Part shown: in pieces, positions 34,321 through 44,196 of the stretch
How the letters are laid out: every line of letters begins with the position of its first letter
Position numbering within the stretch: the first letter of the stretch is position 1
Assembly (NCBI GenBank): GCA_000991245.1
Contig: LBRD01000005.1
Location: 10,944 to 74,943 of the forward strand
DNA: 64,000 nt
Direction: 5' to 3'
From: Parcubacteria group bacterium GW2011_GWC1_36_108
Lineage (GTDB): Bacteria; Patescibacteriota; Minisyncoccia; Moranbacterales; GWC2-37-73
Notes under the pieces: model-generated
The model's database searches: none
What the model was told of the DNA's origin: nothing
The model's input: only the letters and a program-made list of their open reading frames with translations
Program-made: the position numbers and the translations under genes

Positions 34321-36417
34321 CTATTTGCTCGCATCAATCATCCTGCGAACTTCATCTAGATTTACTTGTGGACGCGTGCGCTGGGGTTTAAATTTTTTGG
34401 GAGCAATGTGCTGCATTTGCGAAAGTGACATTGGACGATCTTTTGAAACATAGGCTTTGTGTTCAACTTTTTTTTCAGCTGGCTGCGTCACTTTTTGCAC
34501 TGGCTTATTTTCTTGCACTGTTTTAATTGGTTGCCTTGTTGGTTGCTCAATTGGCGCAGCAAGATCAGCATTTTCTTCTTGCTGTCTTTGCATTTTTCTT
34601 TCTTGATTAAGTTTTTCCTTGGCAGTCATCCGTTGATATTCTTTGAGACAATCTTTGCAAAAGGTCGGCCTTTTTCCATCTGGCTGAAAAGGAATTTGAA
34701 TGTTGTCTCCACACATATCACAAATTGCATCAAATTTTGGCCTGTCATCAACTGGTTTGACGTAATAGTCAGGATTTTCCTCCTCTTGTTGCTGAATTTG
34801 GCTTGCTTGAGGCTGCGGTTGATTATATTCTCCAAGATCATCTTGATTTATAGGTGCTTTTTCAGTTGTTACCTGCGTCTGGATCACTTTTTGAGGTTGC
34901 GAAGCACCAAGGGGCTCTGGGATGCTTACAGAGGCCTGCGGCTCATTTTTTTGCTCAGCTGCGACTGGTTGCTGAATTTGAGGTTTTTGCACGGTTTGCT
35001 CAATTCTAGGGGCAAAGTTTTGATGAGCACTTTGTGCAGTCTGAGGCTGCGGAGCTTTGTATTGAACATTGTTTGGATTTTGAATAATTTGACCTGTTGG
35101 AGGCTTGTTGACCGTTTGAAAACCAGCAGCAGGCATAACACCAGCCCAACGAGAAATTTTATCTTCAACTTCTTCTTTACTAGAAGCATAACGCTCACGT
35201 GAGTTGGCAATGATCTTTTCTTCATTTTCGGCAGTATCTTCAATGTACACAGGCGGCAACACTTGAGCAGAAAAAGCATCCCCCGCAATTCCGTCAATCA
35301 TCAATTTCAGATAAATGTTATATTTTGGCAAATTCACAATATCATTTTGCACAAACACGGGCATAAATTCTTTTTCCAAAAATTCAGCATCCATCGCACC
35401 AACACGAAAAGAAATGATTGTGCCAGCATTTCCAAAAATAGCATCACGAACTTTTTCATCAATCTGAGTTATATATTGATTTGCCAAAATCAAATTGAGA
35501 CGATATTTTCGAGCCTCAGACAAAATATTAGCAAAAGATTCTGTTGCGAAGTTTTGAAACTCATCAACATACAAATAAAAATCCTTGCGCTGATCTTCTG
35601 GAATGTCCACGCGTCCCATTGCCGCCAGCTGAATCTTGGTAATCATCATAGCTCCCAAAAGCGCACCATTGTCCTCTCCAATTCGTCCTTTTGAAAGATT
35701 TATGATTAAAATCTTTCGAGTATCCATCGCATCGCGAATATCAAAAGAAGATTGAGTTTGACCAACAATATTTCTAATCAATGAGCTGGACAAAAATTGT
35801 CCAACCTTATTTTGAATCGGAGAAACAACTTCTTGCAAAACTTTATCACTCCATTTTGGAAATTCATCAACCCAGAATTGCCTGATCACAGGATCAGTAA
35901 CTTTCTCCACCACACGCTCGCGATATTTTTTGTCCACCAAAATTCTCGTCACTCCAAGCAAGGTGCTCCCAGGATATTCCAACAAAGCCAAGATTGCATT
36001 ACGCAAAATATATTCCAATCGAGGTCCCCAAGAATCAGCCCAAATCTTTTTGAAAACGCCAATGAGTCCCGATGCTACCAAATGTCTATAATCAGGATCA
36101 ACCGATTCCATCACATTAAAAGCCAGCGGATAATTTTGATCAGCCGGATTGAGGTATATAACATCATTAATACGATTTGCAGGAACCGCTTTCAAAAGTT
36201 TTTCAGCAGTGTCTCCGTGAGGATCGATATAGCAAATTCCGTGACCATTACGAATATCTTGCACCACCAAATTCTCCAGCAGGTTTGTTTTACCCATACC
36301 GGTTTTTCCGATGATATACATATGTCGAGTTCGGTCATCAGTTTTTATTCCGAAAACTCTCTCTTGATTTCTAAAGTTCGTTTTTGCAAAAAATGCAATT
36401 TCGTTGTTATTTGCCAT
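34321..36417 (-). CDS. TraD/TraG/VirD4-like (T4SS coupling-protein-like, AAA_10) P-loop ATPase with a Q/P-rich linker and C-terminal zinc ribbon
   Basis: Walker A IIGKTGMGKT; Walker B YLYVDEFQNF; C-terminal CDMCGDN...CKDC. Confidence 0.7.
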   Translation of the reverse strand: MANNNEIAFFAKTNFRNQERVFGIKTDDRTRHMYIIGKTGMGKTNLLENLVVQDIRNGHGICYIDPHGDTAEKLLKAVPANRINDVIYLNPADQNYPLAFNVMESVDPDYRHLVASGLIGVFKKIWADSWGPRLEYILRNAILALLEYPGSTLLGVTRILVDKKYRERVVEKVTDPVIRQFWVDEFPKWSDKVLQEVVSPIQNKVGQFLSSSLIRNIVGQTQSSFDIRDAMDTRKILIINLSKGRIGEDNGALLGAMMITKIQLAAMGRVDIPEDQRKDFYLYVDEFQNFATESFANILSEARKYRLNLILANQYITQIDEKVRDAIFGNAGTIISFRVGAMDAEFLEKEFMPVFVQNDIVNLPKYNIYLKLMIDGIAGDAFSAQVLPPVYIEDTAENEEKIIANSRERYASSKEEVEDKISRWAGVMPAAGFQTVNKPPTGQIIQNPNNVQYKAPQPQTAQSAHQNFAPRIEQTVQKPQIQQPVAAEQKNEPQASVSIPEPLGASQPQKVIQTQVTTEKAPINQDDLGEYNQPQPQASQIQQQEEENPDYYVKPVDDRPKFDAICDMCGDNIQIPFQPDGKRPTFCKDCLKEYQRMTAKEKLNQERKMQRQQEENADLAAPIEQPTRQPIKTVQENKPVQKVTQPAEKKVEHKAYVSKDRPMSLSQMQHIAPKKFKPQRTRPQVNLDEVRRMIDASK

Positions 36418-36504
36418 AGTTGTAACTAGCGTTGTAGTTATTGCTTATTAAAATGCATTCTTGTTTTTTTGTTGTGGGTTGTAAGTTGTGAGTTATGAGT
36501 TATT

Positions 36505-37785
36505 TTACTCTATTGGTAAGTTCGAAGGGGCGCCACCACGCTTGGCTTCCACTCGAGAAACTGATGGTGCGATCACATTCATATCTGGCAAGTGAAAGAT
36601 TGTTGCCAACTCCTCAGTACTCATTACCATCTGAACACCATCCCCGCTTCTGTTTCGATATCGACGCAAAATTTTGCGTTGACGATAACGCAAACGATTT
36701 CGTTGATTAACCCAATTTGCAAAAGTTTTAGACATATTGTCCGGCTTAAAGCCATTCATATTGTCATCATTAAATTGTTTTAAACTACCCCAAAAACCAG
36801 AAACTCCGTGAGATTTGTCAAAATTTTCTCTAAGACCAAGATATATGTATCGTCCTTTAACACTAAATTGCCATTTTCCAAGATTTTCCTCAACAGCTTT
36901 GAGCACATCTCTTTCTCCTGGAGAAAGACGGGTATCAAGCGGTTGCTCATCTTTCTTTTTTTCCGATGCAAATTCAACTGGCGAATGAGTAGCTTTAAAC
37001 AAGTTGCTAATAACATCAACAAAGTCTTTCCAAAATCTTTCCAGAATAGAATCGCTCTTTTTTTCGTTGCCTTTTAGTTTTTCAACTAATTCTTTTCCTT
37101 TTGTCGAAGCCCAAGATGGTGAATTTGGTGCAATAATCCATTGAAGCCACATCTGTTGCCCTGGACCAAGTTTACCCATAACTTCAAAAAGCCCAGCTAG
37201 TGGATCAATCATAGTGCCAGTGATATCTTCTTCAAATGCCTTATAAGATCGAATAGGATAAGCCAAATGCTTACTTGTAGGAGCAATATCAGCTCCCCAT
37301 AAATCCCATTTCCCGTTAGGAATAATTTTTGGCACATCATCAACATAATCAGGAACTTCAATTATTTCAACGTCAGGATATTGAGCATACAAAGCTGCCT
37401 CGACAAGATTACGATATTTTTTCATCGAACGAATATACAAGTGTACATCGCCAGCATTACTTACTATTTCCAAACTCATATAATCAGTGAACATACCACT
37501 GATATATACTTCAGCAATATCAAAACCTTTTTCAACTCCAGCAAAGGTTGTGAAAAGTGCCTCCATAGGCTTGGGACTTTTTTCAATATTTTTTGGCGGG
37601 ATAAGCTCCAAAAGCACCCAGTCAGCTGAAGCCCAAAAAGCATCCTGCACATGCCTCAGCCAATAAATTTTAAACGTAAAAAATAAAAGCGGCGGCAAAA
37701 TAATGAACCATACATAGCTCATCACCTGCGACGCCGTTTTTATATCTGTACCTATTCCAATTATTGAAGATGAAATAATGTCCAT
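36505..37785 (-). CDS. hypothetical membrane protein co-oriented 88 nt downstream of the T4CP-like ATPase
   Basis: 426 aa; N-terminal TM helix; Arg-rich C-terminus. Confidence 0.55.
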   Translation of the reverse strand: MDIISSSIIGIGTDIKTASQVMSYVWFIILPPLLFFTFKIYWLRHVQDAFWASADWVLLELIPPKNIEKSPKPMEALFTTFAGVEKGFDIAEVYISGMFTDYMSLEIVSNAGDVHLYIRSMKKYRNLVEAALYAQYPDVEIIEVPDYVDDVPKIIPNGKWDLWGADIAPTSKHLAYPIRSYKAFEEDITGTMIDPLAGLFEVMGKLGPGQQMWLQWIIAPNSPSWASTKGKELVEKLKGNEKKSDSILERFWKDFVDVISNLFKATHSPVEFASEKKKDEQPLDTRLSPGERDVLKAVEENLGKWQFSVKGRYIYLGLRENFDKSHGVSGFWGSLKQFNDDNMNGFKPDNMSKTFANWVNQRNRLRYRQRKILRRYRNRSGDGVQMVMSTEELATIFHLPDMNVIAPSVSRVEAKRGGAPSNLPIE

Positions 37786-37829
37786 TTTGTTGTATTTATT
37801 TTAGCGATACTAATACATGAATGAATGCG

Positions 37830-37905
37830 TATGTTGCGAATATGCCAATGACACGAATTTTTGCATTATTTGCATATTCGCGTATTTGCATGAATTTGCA
37901 TAATT
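37830..37905 (-). promoter_or_regulatory. array of ATGCAAAT direct repeats plus ATTCGCGTATT motif upstream of the 36505-37785 gene
   Basis: mRNA-sense: atgcaaattcatgcaaatacgcgaatatgcaaataatgcaaaaattcg. Confidence 0.4.
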
Positions 37906-37912
37906 CGTATCT

Positions 37913-38971
37913 TTATTTCTTTATTGAATATGTTCCACTTTTTGATTTGGCGAAGTAGTTATTCAAGTTTATCACAATAGTTGATTTTTTCACATGTCTT
38001 ATTTCCAAAACCTTGGTAAGAATTTCTTCTCTGCTGAGCGTTCCATCTTTTTTCTTCAAGATTTCTTCAATCACATCTTTCACTGTTCCACTTTTATATC
38101 CCCATTCAACCAAAGCATAAATTCCCCTTCCAACCAAAACGAAATTTTTATCTTTAATCAATTCATTATGCACGGTTTGAGCGTGAGTTTTCTTTCTGTT
38201 TAAATGATACTGATCAATCTTTTTTGCAATATCTCGAAAATGAAGTGGGCGAGATGCCTCCTTCAAAACCAAGTAAGCCTTTTCTCTTGTGCCCTTAGGT
38301 GAAATTTCTTTCCATTTTGCAAGCCCCCATTTTGAAAAAGTGTTTTGCTTGATCTCATCAGAAACTTCCAAATAATGTGTGAACATTTCCTTGGTTAAAT
38401 CAAATGATGACAATTCATTTTTCATCAGTGCAAGCAATTCTTCAGCTGAAAGAGGTTTTTTTTGTGTTTTTAAAATTGCAACTGCAGCATTTTTAACTGC
38501 ACGCCATTTTTCAATATCAAAATCAGGTAATGAATATGAAAAAGCCAATTCACCTTTGATTTCATTGTTTGCAATATTATCGAAACATTCCAAGAAAAAA
38601 GAAACTGAAGACTCTTCGCTTCTTTGTCCTTTTCCAAGTGCAAACAATAGCTCCTTCTCCCCCATTATACCACCATTGCTAGCAAGTGCCAACATAACTT
38701 TTTCTTGTATTTGCAAAAACAAAGTGTCGTTCTTTTTTTCTTTAACTTTTTTCAGAACTTCACGAATAACTTGTCTAACTCTTTCGCGAGTTATGCTATA
38801 TTTTTTTCCAATTTCTTCCAAAGTCATTGAATGAGAATTAAAAACACCCCAACGACTGAAGATTATCTCCTGAGAACGCTCAGAAAAATCAGCCACAATC
38901 TCCCTGAGTGCGTCTGAAAAAAATCCTGTCTTAATTTCTACCCCTTTATTTTCAACAATTGCTTTTTCCAT
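37913..38971 (-). CDS. sigma-70 region-4 / HARE-HTH domain protein (putative transcription factor)
   Basis: LTLEEIGKKYSITRERVRQVIREVLKKV (region 4); C-terminal PLHFRDIAKKI...VGRGIYALVEWG HARE-HTH-like. Confidence 0.6.
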   Translation of the reverse strand: MEKAIVENKGVEIKTGFFSDALREIVADFSERSQEIIFSRWGVFNSHSMTLEEIGKKYSITRERVRQVIREVLKKVKEKKNDTLFLQIQEKVMLALASNGGIMGEKELLFALGKGQRSEESSVSFFLECFDNIANNEIKGELAFSYSLPDFDIEKWRAVKNAAVAILKTQKKPLSAEELLALMKNELSSFDLTKEMFTHYLEVSDEIKQNTFSKWGLAKWKEISPKGTREKAYLVLKEASRPLHFRDIAKKIDQYHLNRKKTHAQTVHNELIKDKNFVLVGRGIYALVEWGYKSGTVKDVIEEILKKKDGTLSREEILTKVLEIRHVKKSTIVINLNNYFAKSKSGTYSIKK

Positions 38972-39110
38972 ATGCTTTACGACTAAATTTGAATATATTA
39001 GGTTTCAAATTATATTAACACATATTAAAATTTTGTCAATAGGCAACAAAAAAATCAAGGGGTCCGGTAGAGACTCCTTGATTTGACACTAAATTTAATT
39101 CTTTTTTGCA

Positions 39111-41513
39111 CTATCTCCGCATTTTGACATCCAAATCCTTTTCCAGCTTATTTGTAATGGCCAACATAACATCATCAATTTCTTTTCCAGTCAATGTCCG
39201 GTCCTGTGCTCCCAAGATTATATGGAAAGCAAAGCTTGAAGTGTCATCTGCAAAATCAATAGCATCAAAAAGATCAACATCCAAAACAAGATCCTTGCCA
39301 GCTGATTGAATAACCATCAAAATTTCATCAATGCGCACATCTTTTTGTGCAAGCAAGGAAATATCCCTAGTCACAATTGGATGCTTTCGAATTGGCGTGT
39401 ACTCTCGCTCATCATCAGAAATTTGTGAAAGTTTATCCATATCAAATTCAAACATTACAACCCTAGTGTCGATATCAAAACCTTCCAAGACAAATGGATT
39501 TATTTCCCCAACATATCCAAAAGATTTTTCACTGCCTTGAATTTTTATTTCGCCAGCACGACTTTGATGCCACAATGAAAGCGGTGTTTCAATTGGAACT
39601 CCCCCGAACGTGTCGTAATAATGGTCAATAATTCCAAGTTGCGCCAAAATATGATCAACTGCAGCCTTGGCCTCAAAAAATCCCGACTCATGTCGCTTAT
39701 CCATTTTTTCTTCCTTAGCGTTTTTTTTCTTTAGCACCATTGCACCTACTAACATTCTTTTTTCTTCAGGCAAAACTTCCCCGTTTGACCAATATACTTT
39801 TCCGATTTCGAAAATATTAAACTCATTAAAATTTTTCAGATTTTCTTTAACATTTTTAAGTATGTTTGGAATCAAGCTGACGCGAAGCTGTGATTGCTCC
39901 GGACTCATTGGCATTTCCAATTCCAAATGTTTTACCTCACCAAGCTGAGCAAACTCAGCATCTTTGGCAGAATAAAAAGAATAATTATACACTTCAGAAA
40001 AACCTTGCCCAGTCAAAATATTTTTTAAAGCACGCTCAAAAATCCTGCTTTCATTTTGCTTGGCAGCTGTTACAGCAACTGATGGAGCAATATTTTCAAC
40101 CTTATCATATCCATAGATTCTTCCGATTTCTTCAATTAAATCTTCCTGACTTTTAAGATCAATTCTAAAAGTTGGAATTTCAGCCAAAAGAATGTCCTTC
40201 TCAATTTTCGCTTTCACGCCCAAAGATGTCAGAATTTTTTCACTCATTTTTGGAGGAACAGCAACACCCAACAATCTATCAACGTAAGCAAGGCTAAGCT
40301 CAACTGTCCATGGTTTTATTTTTTCTTGATATTCATCAATCATACCCTCAAAAGTTGCACCTGCAGTGTGCTCCAAAATTTCAATTACACGTACCATGGC
40401 TTTTTCAGCCAAATTTGGATCGAGCTCTTTTTCAAATCGTGAAGATGCATCAGTAAAAAGTCCCAAACGAGATCTGGTTTTTCGAATTGAAAGAGGTTTG
40501 AAATTTGCAGCCTCAAGAATGATATTGGTTGAATGCTGCGAAATTCCAGAATCTTTTCCACCCATAATTCCAGCCAAGGCCAAAGCTCCATTTTTACCAG
40601 CAATAACAATGTCATCATTGGTCAATTTAATCTTGCTGTCATCGAGCAAAACAATTTCTTCATCTTTTTTCCCAGTTCTAACAACAATTTCATTGCCAAT
40701 CACATCGCCATCAAAAGCATGCAGCGGTTGTCCCAATTCCAACATAACGTAATTAGTGGCATCAACCACATTATTAATTGCGCTTAGTCCACAAGCTTCC
40801 AAGCGCGCTCTCATCCAGTCTGGAGAAGCTTTCACTTGAATACCACTAAGAACTGCGCCGATATATCTTTTGCAAAGATCTTTATTTTCAATTTCAACTT
40901 TCAAGTTCTTAGCTTTCTTGCTTTCCAAAACCAACCCGTCATAGTCATAATCCATTTCTCCACCCTCCAATGCCAAAACTTCTCTGGCCATCGCAACATG
41001 ACTCACGGCATCATGCGCGCGATCTGGCAAAACTTTAATATCCAAAACTTCATCAATATTATTAAAAACTTCTCGCAATTGTGTTCCAATTTCAATGTTT
41101 TTATCCAAAAGTAATATTCCGGCATGGCTAATTCCCAGTCCAAGTTCATCTTCAGCACAAAGCATCCCGTGAGATTTTTCTCCTCTAATTTCACTTTCTT
41201 TGATTTCAAAATTTCCAGGCAAAATACTACCAACAGTTGCTACGGGAACTTTATCTCCTACTGAGATATTATTAGCACCGCAAACAATATCTAAAACTTC
41301 CTTACCAATGTTAACCTTGGTTAGTTGCAACTTGTCCGCATTGGGGTGTTTTGATATTTCCAAAATTTCCCCAACCACCACTCCAGCAAAATCTGATCCA
41401 ACTTTTTCAACCGATTCAACTTCAAAAGAATGCAGCGTGATAAGATTAGCAATTTCAGCAGCAGTTTTTTTTGTATCAGAAAGCTCTTTGAGCCAATTAT
41501 AACTATATTTCAT
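39111..41513 (-). CDS. pheT: phenylalanine--tRNA ligase beta subunit
   Basis: 800 aa with tRNA-binding, B3/B4, B5 and FDX-ACB domains. Confidence 0.92.
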   Translation of the reverse strand: MKYSYNWLKELSDTKKTAAEIANLITLHSFEVESVEKVGSDFAGVVVGEILEISKHPNADKLQLTKVNIGKEVLDIVCGANNISVGDKVPVATVGSILPGNFEIKESEIRGEKSHGMLCAEDELGLGISHAGILLLDKNIEIGTQLREVFNNIDEVLDIKVLPDRAHDAVSHVAMAREVLALEGGEMDYDYDGLVLESKKAKNLKVEIENKDLCKRYIGAVLSGIQVKASPDWMRARLEACGLSAINNVVDATNYVMLELGQPLHAFDGDVIGNEIVVRTGKKDEEIVLLDDSKIKLTNDDIVIAGKNGALALAGIMGGKDSGISQHSTNIILEAANFKPLSIRKTRSRLGLFTDASSRFEKELDPNLAEKAMVRVIEILEHTAGATFEGMIDEYQEKIKPWTVELSLAYVDRLLGVAVPPKMSEKILTSLGVKAKIEKDILLAEIPTFRIDLKSQEDLIEEIGRIYGYDKVENIAPSVAVTAAKQNESRIFERALKNILTGQGFSEVYNYSFYSAKDAEFAQLGEVKHLELEMPMSPEQSQLRVSLIPNILKNVKENLKNFNEFNIFEIGKVYWSNGEVLPEEKRMLVGAMVLKKKNAKEEKMDKRHESGFFEAKAAVDHILAQLGIIDHYYDTFGGVPIETPLSLWHQSRAGEIKIQGSEKSFGYVGEINPFVLEGFDIDTRVVMFEFDMDKLSQISDDEREYTPIRKHPIVTRDISLLAQKDVRIDEILMVIQSAGKDLVLDVDLFDAIDFADDTSSFAFHIILGAQDRTLTGKEIDDVMLAITNKLEKDLDVKMRR

Positions 41514-41520
41514 AAAAATA

Positions 41521-41600
41521 GCTTCTCAGCCTTTAGCTTCTTAGCTTCTTAGAAAATTCAGGACACCTGAAAAGCTAAAAAGCTAACGCCTAAAAAGCTG
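41521..41600 (-). repeat. F-element copy F3 in the pheT leader
   Basis: mRNA-sense: cagctttttaggcgttagctttttagctttt-caggtgtcctga-attttctaagaagctaagaagctaaaggctgagaagctattttt-ATG. Confidence 0.5.
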
Positions 41601-42632
41601 TTAAAATTGTTTAATAAATCTTAAATCTCCAGAGTGAAAAAGTCTAACATCGTCTATTTTATATTTCATCATCGCCAATCGTTCCAAGCCAAATCCCCAG
41701 GCAAATCCCTGATATTTATTTCTTGGATAGCCCACAGCTTCAAAAACATTTTGGTTCACAATTCCAGCTCCACCAAGCTCCAGCCAGCCAGCCCATTTGC
41801 ATGATGAACAACCTTTGCCACCACACACCAAGCAATTAATATCAAATTCAAAACTTGGTTCTGTAAATGGAAAATAACTTGGACGAAGTCTAATCTCAAC
41901 ATCAGCCTTGAAGAATTTTGAGAAAAACTGTTCAGCCACAAATTTCAAATTTCCCACCGTGATGTCTTCGCCAACCATTAAGGCTTCGAATTGATGAAAA
42001 GTGTGATCATGAGTTGTGTCAGTTGATTCGCGACGAAAAACTCGCCCCGGAGCAATAATACGAAATGGTGGCGTGTGCTTTTCCATAAAGCGAATCTGCA
42101 CATCAGAAGTTTGCGTGCGCATCACGACTTTTTCATCTTTGCCTTCATCTTTTAGCCAGAAGGTATCTTGCATATCGCGAGCTGGATGATCCTTAGGGAT
42201 ATTAAGAGCATCAAAATTATAAAATTCTGTTTCCACTTCTGGCCCATCTGCAATTTCAAATCCCATTGAATTAAAAATATCTTCTATTTCATATTGAATT
42301 TTGCTCAGCGGATGAAGATGACCTCGCTGCAATTTTTTAGCCGGCATCGTCACATCAATTTTTTCCGCCGCAAAATCAAAACTTTTTTCCTTAAGTTCTT
42401 TTTCTTTTTCAGCAAGAACGCTTTCAACTTCAATTTTTGTTGCATTTGCAATTTGTCCCACTGTTTTTCGCTCCTGCTCAGTCAAGTCCTTAAGACTCTT
42501 GAGAATGTTTGTAAATTCACTTTTTCTTCCCAAAAATTTAATTCTCAAGTCATTAAGTTGGGCCAAGGATTCTACGGCGAGAATTTCAGCCAAAGCATCT
42601 TCTTTAATTTTGTTTATTTTTTCTTCGAGCAT
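41601..42632 (-). CDS. pheS: phenylalanine--tRNA ligase alpha subunit
   Basis: Class-II motifs 1-3 (FPFTEPSFEFD, GFGLERLAMMKY). Confidence 0.92.
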   Translation of the reverse strand: MLEEKINKIKEDALAEILAVESLAQLNDLRIKFLGRKSEFTNILKSLKDLTEQERKTVGQIANATKIEVESVLAEKEKELKEKSFDFAAEKIDVTMPAKKLQRGHLHPLSKIQYEIEDIFNSMGFEIADGPEVETEFYNFDALNIPKDHPARDMQDTFWLKDEGKDEKVVMRTQTSDVQIRFMEKHTPPFRIIAPGRVFRRESTDTTHDHTFHQFEALMVGEDITVGNLKFVAEQFFSKFFKADVEIRLRPSYFPFTEPSFEFDINCLVCGGKGCSSCKWAGWLELGGAGIVNQNVFEAVGYPRNKYQGFAWGFGLERLAMMKYKIDDVRLFHSGDLRFIKQF

Positions 42633-42633
42633 A

Positions 42634-43836
42634 TTATTTCTTGAAAATTATTTTTACAAAGCCCAGTTTTCCTATTTTCAAAACCTTGCCATCAAATTCT
42701 TTCGTGACCAGTATTTGTGGATCAAGCAATTTTTCATCATCAACTGACACACCGCCTTGCTCAATTTTGCGACGAGCATCTCCCATACTAGAAGCATTTT
42801 CTGATTTCACAACAAGTTCTGACAATTTCATTTCTTCAGAAACTTCAAACTCGGCAATTTCAGTTGGGATTTCTTTTTTGGAAAATGTGTTAATAAAATA
42901 TTCTCTTGCACTTCTTGCTAATTCTTCTCCGTGATATATTGCTGTGATTTCTCCAGCCAACCTAAGTTTTGCATCGCGAGGATTCAATATTTCCTCCTTC
43001 ATCTCTTTTTCAATTTGAGCAACATCTTCCATTGGAATGCGAGTGCAATGAACAAAATATTTTCCGATAAGTTCATCTCCCATACTCATCACTTTGCCAA
43101 ACATTGAATTGGCATCGTCAGTCAGGTTAATAGTATTTCCCCACGAAGAACTCATCTTGCGTCCGTCAAGACCCTCAATCAAATCAGTCATCATAACATC
43201 TTGAGGTTTTTGCTTGTATTTTTTTTGCATCTCGCGACCAGCCAAAAGATTGAAACGTTGATCAGTTCCACCGAGTTCTAAATCGGCTTTTAATACCACA
43301 CTGTCATAACCTTGCATCAAAGGATACAAGAGCTCGCGGAGCGATATGCGTGTCCCCTTTTCTAATCTTTTTTTAATATTATCCCGCGCAATAAATTCAG
43401 CTAAAGAAAAAATATCAGCTTGCTCAGAAATTTCATTGTATGTTAGTTTTCCGAGCCAATCAGAATTTTTAACAACTTCAACTTTACTCATATCCAAAAT
43501 TTTTCCAGCTTGCTCGAAATATGTTTCCATATTTTTTTCAACAACCTCACGCTCAAGCATTGGCCTCTCACTTTCCTTGTCAGAAGTGTCCCCAATCACA
43601 CCAGTAAAGTCGCCAATCAAAAAAACAATTTGATGTCCCAGCTCTTGCAAATCTCTGAGCTTCAAAAGAGGCACAGCTCGACCCAAGTGAATATTTGGAC
43701 TAGTAGGATCAGTGCCGAATTTAATACGCAATTTCTCATCACTAAGAAGCCTCTTTTTAAGATTTTCACAATCAATAACTTCATTAACTCCACGAGTCAA
43801 AATTTCTTCAATTACTTTTTCTTGTTGTTTTTCCAT
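42634..43836 (-). CDS. tyrS: tyrosine--tRNA ligase (with C-terminal S4 domain)
   Basis: GTDPTSPNIHLGRAVPLLKL (HIGH region matching TyrS GFDPTADSLHLGHLVPLL); KMSSS; C-terminal S4 GDARRKIEQGGVSVD. Confidence 0.85.
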   Translation of the reverse strand: MEKQQEKVIEEILTRGVNEVIDCENLKKRLLSDEKLRIKFGTDPTSPNIHLGRAVPLLKLRDLQELGHQIVFLIGDFTGVIGDTSDKESERPMLEREVVEKNMETYFEQAGKILDMSKVEVVKNSDWLGKLTYNEISEQADIFSLAEFIARDNIKKRLEKGTRISLRELLYPLMQGYDSVVLKADLELGGTDQRFNLLAGREMQKKYKQKPQDVMMTDLIEGLDGRKMSSSWGNTINLTDDANSMFGKVMSMGDELIGKYFVHCTRIPMEDVAQIEKEMKEEILNPRDAKLRLAGEITAIYHGEELARSAREYFINTFSKKEIPTEIAEFEVSEEMKLSELVVKSENASSMGDARRKIEQGGVSVDDEKLLDPQILVTKEFDGKVLKIGKLGFVKIIFKK

Positions 43837-43838
43837 TT

Positions 43839-43986
43839 ACCCTGTTAAATAAGATTTGGGCTTTTTAAAAAAGAAAACCCACCTATTAAAGTTAATTTTT
43901 TAATTTTATTCACAACATTATTTAATTCAAGAACCCAAATCTTAATTTTAAATTTTTTAAGGAAATTTAAAATTATTTAACAGGGT
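43839..43986 (-). repeat. E-element, long form (E2), ending 3 nt before the tyrS ATG
   Basis: Perfect 12-bp TIR ccctgttaaata...tatttaacaggg; inner stem aagatttggg/cccaaatctt; ~125-bp AT-rich interior. Confidence 0.6.
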
Positions 43987-44017
43987 GAATAATCTTAAAT
44001 TTTCATTACTAATATAG

Positions 44018-44050
44018 ATTTATAATACCAATTTACACAACTTTTTGCAA
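44018..44050 (-). promoter_or_regulatory. sigma70-type promoter for the E2-leader/tyrS transcript
   Basis: Minus strand: TTGCAA-17 nt-TATTAT. Includes the shared 17-mer tataaatctatattagt also found at 24653-24669. Confidence 0.45.
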
Positions 44051-44091
44051 CACCCAGCCTTGGCTTCACAAAAGGTCAAATCGACAAGGGG

Positions 44092-44120
44092 TTGACTAAC
44101 TTATCAAAAAGATGTATAAT
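44092..44120 (+). promoter_or_regulatory. consensus sigma70 promoter for the GGDEF gene
   Basis: TTGACT-17 nt-TATAAT; a 9-bp perfect inverted repeat tgtgggaaaattgtttcccaca lies in the leader. Confidence 0.55.
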
Positions 44121-44196
44121 TATATATTGTGGGAAAATTGTTTCCCACAGCAAATTATAGAACCTTTACAATTTTATATACCAAGGAGGATTCAAA

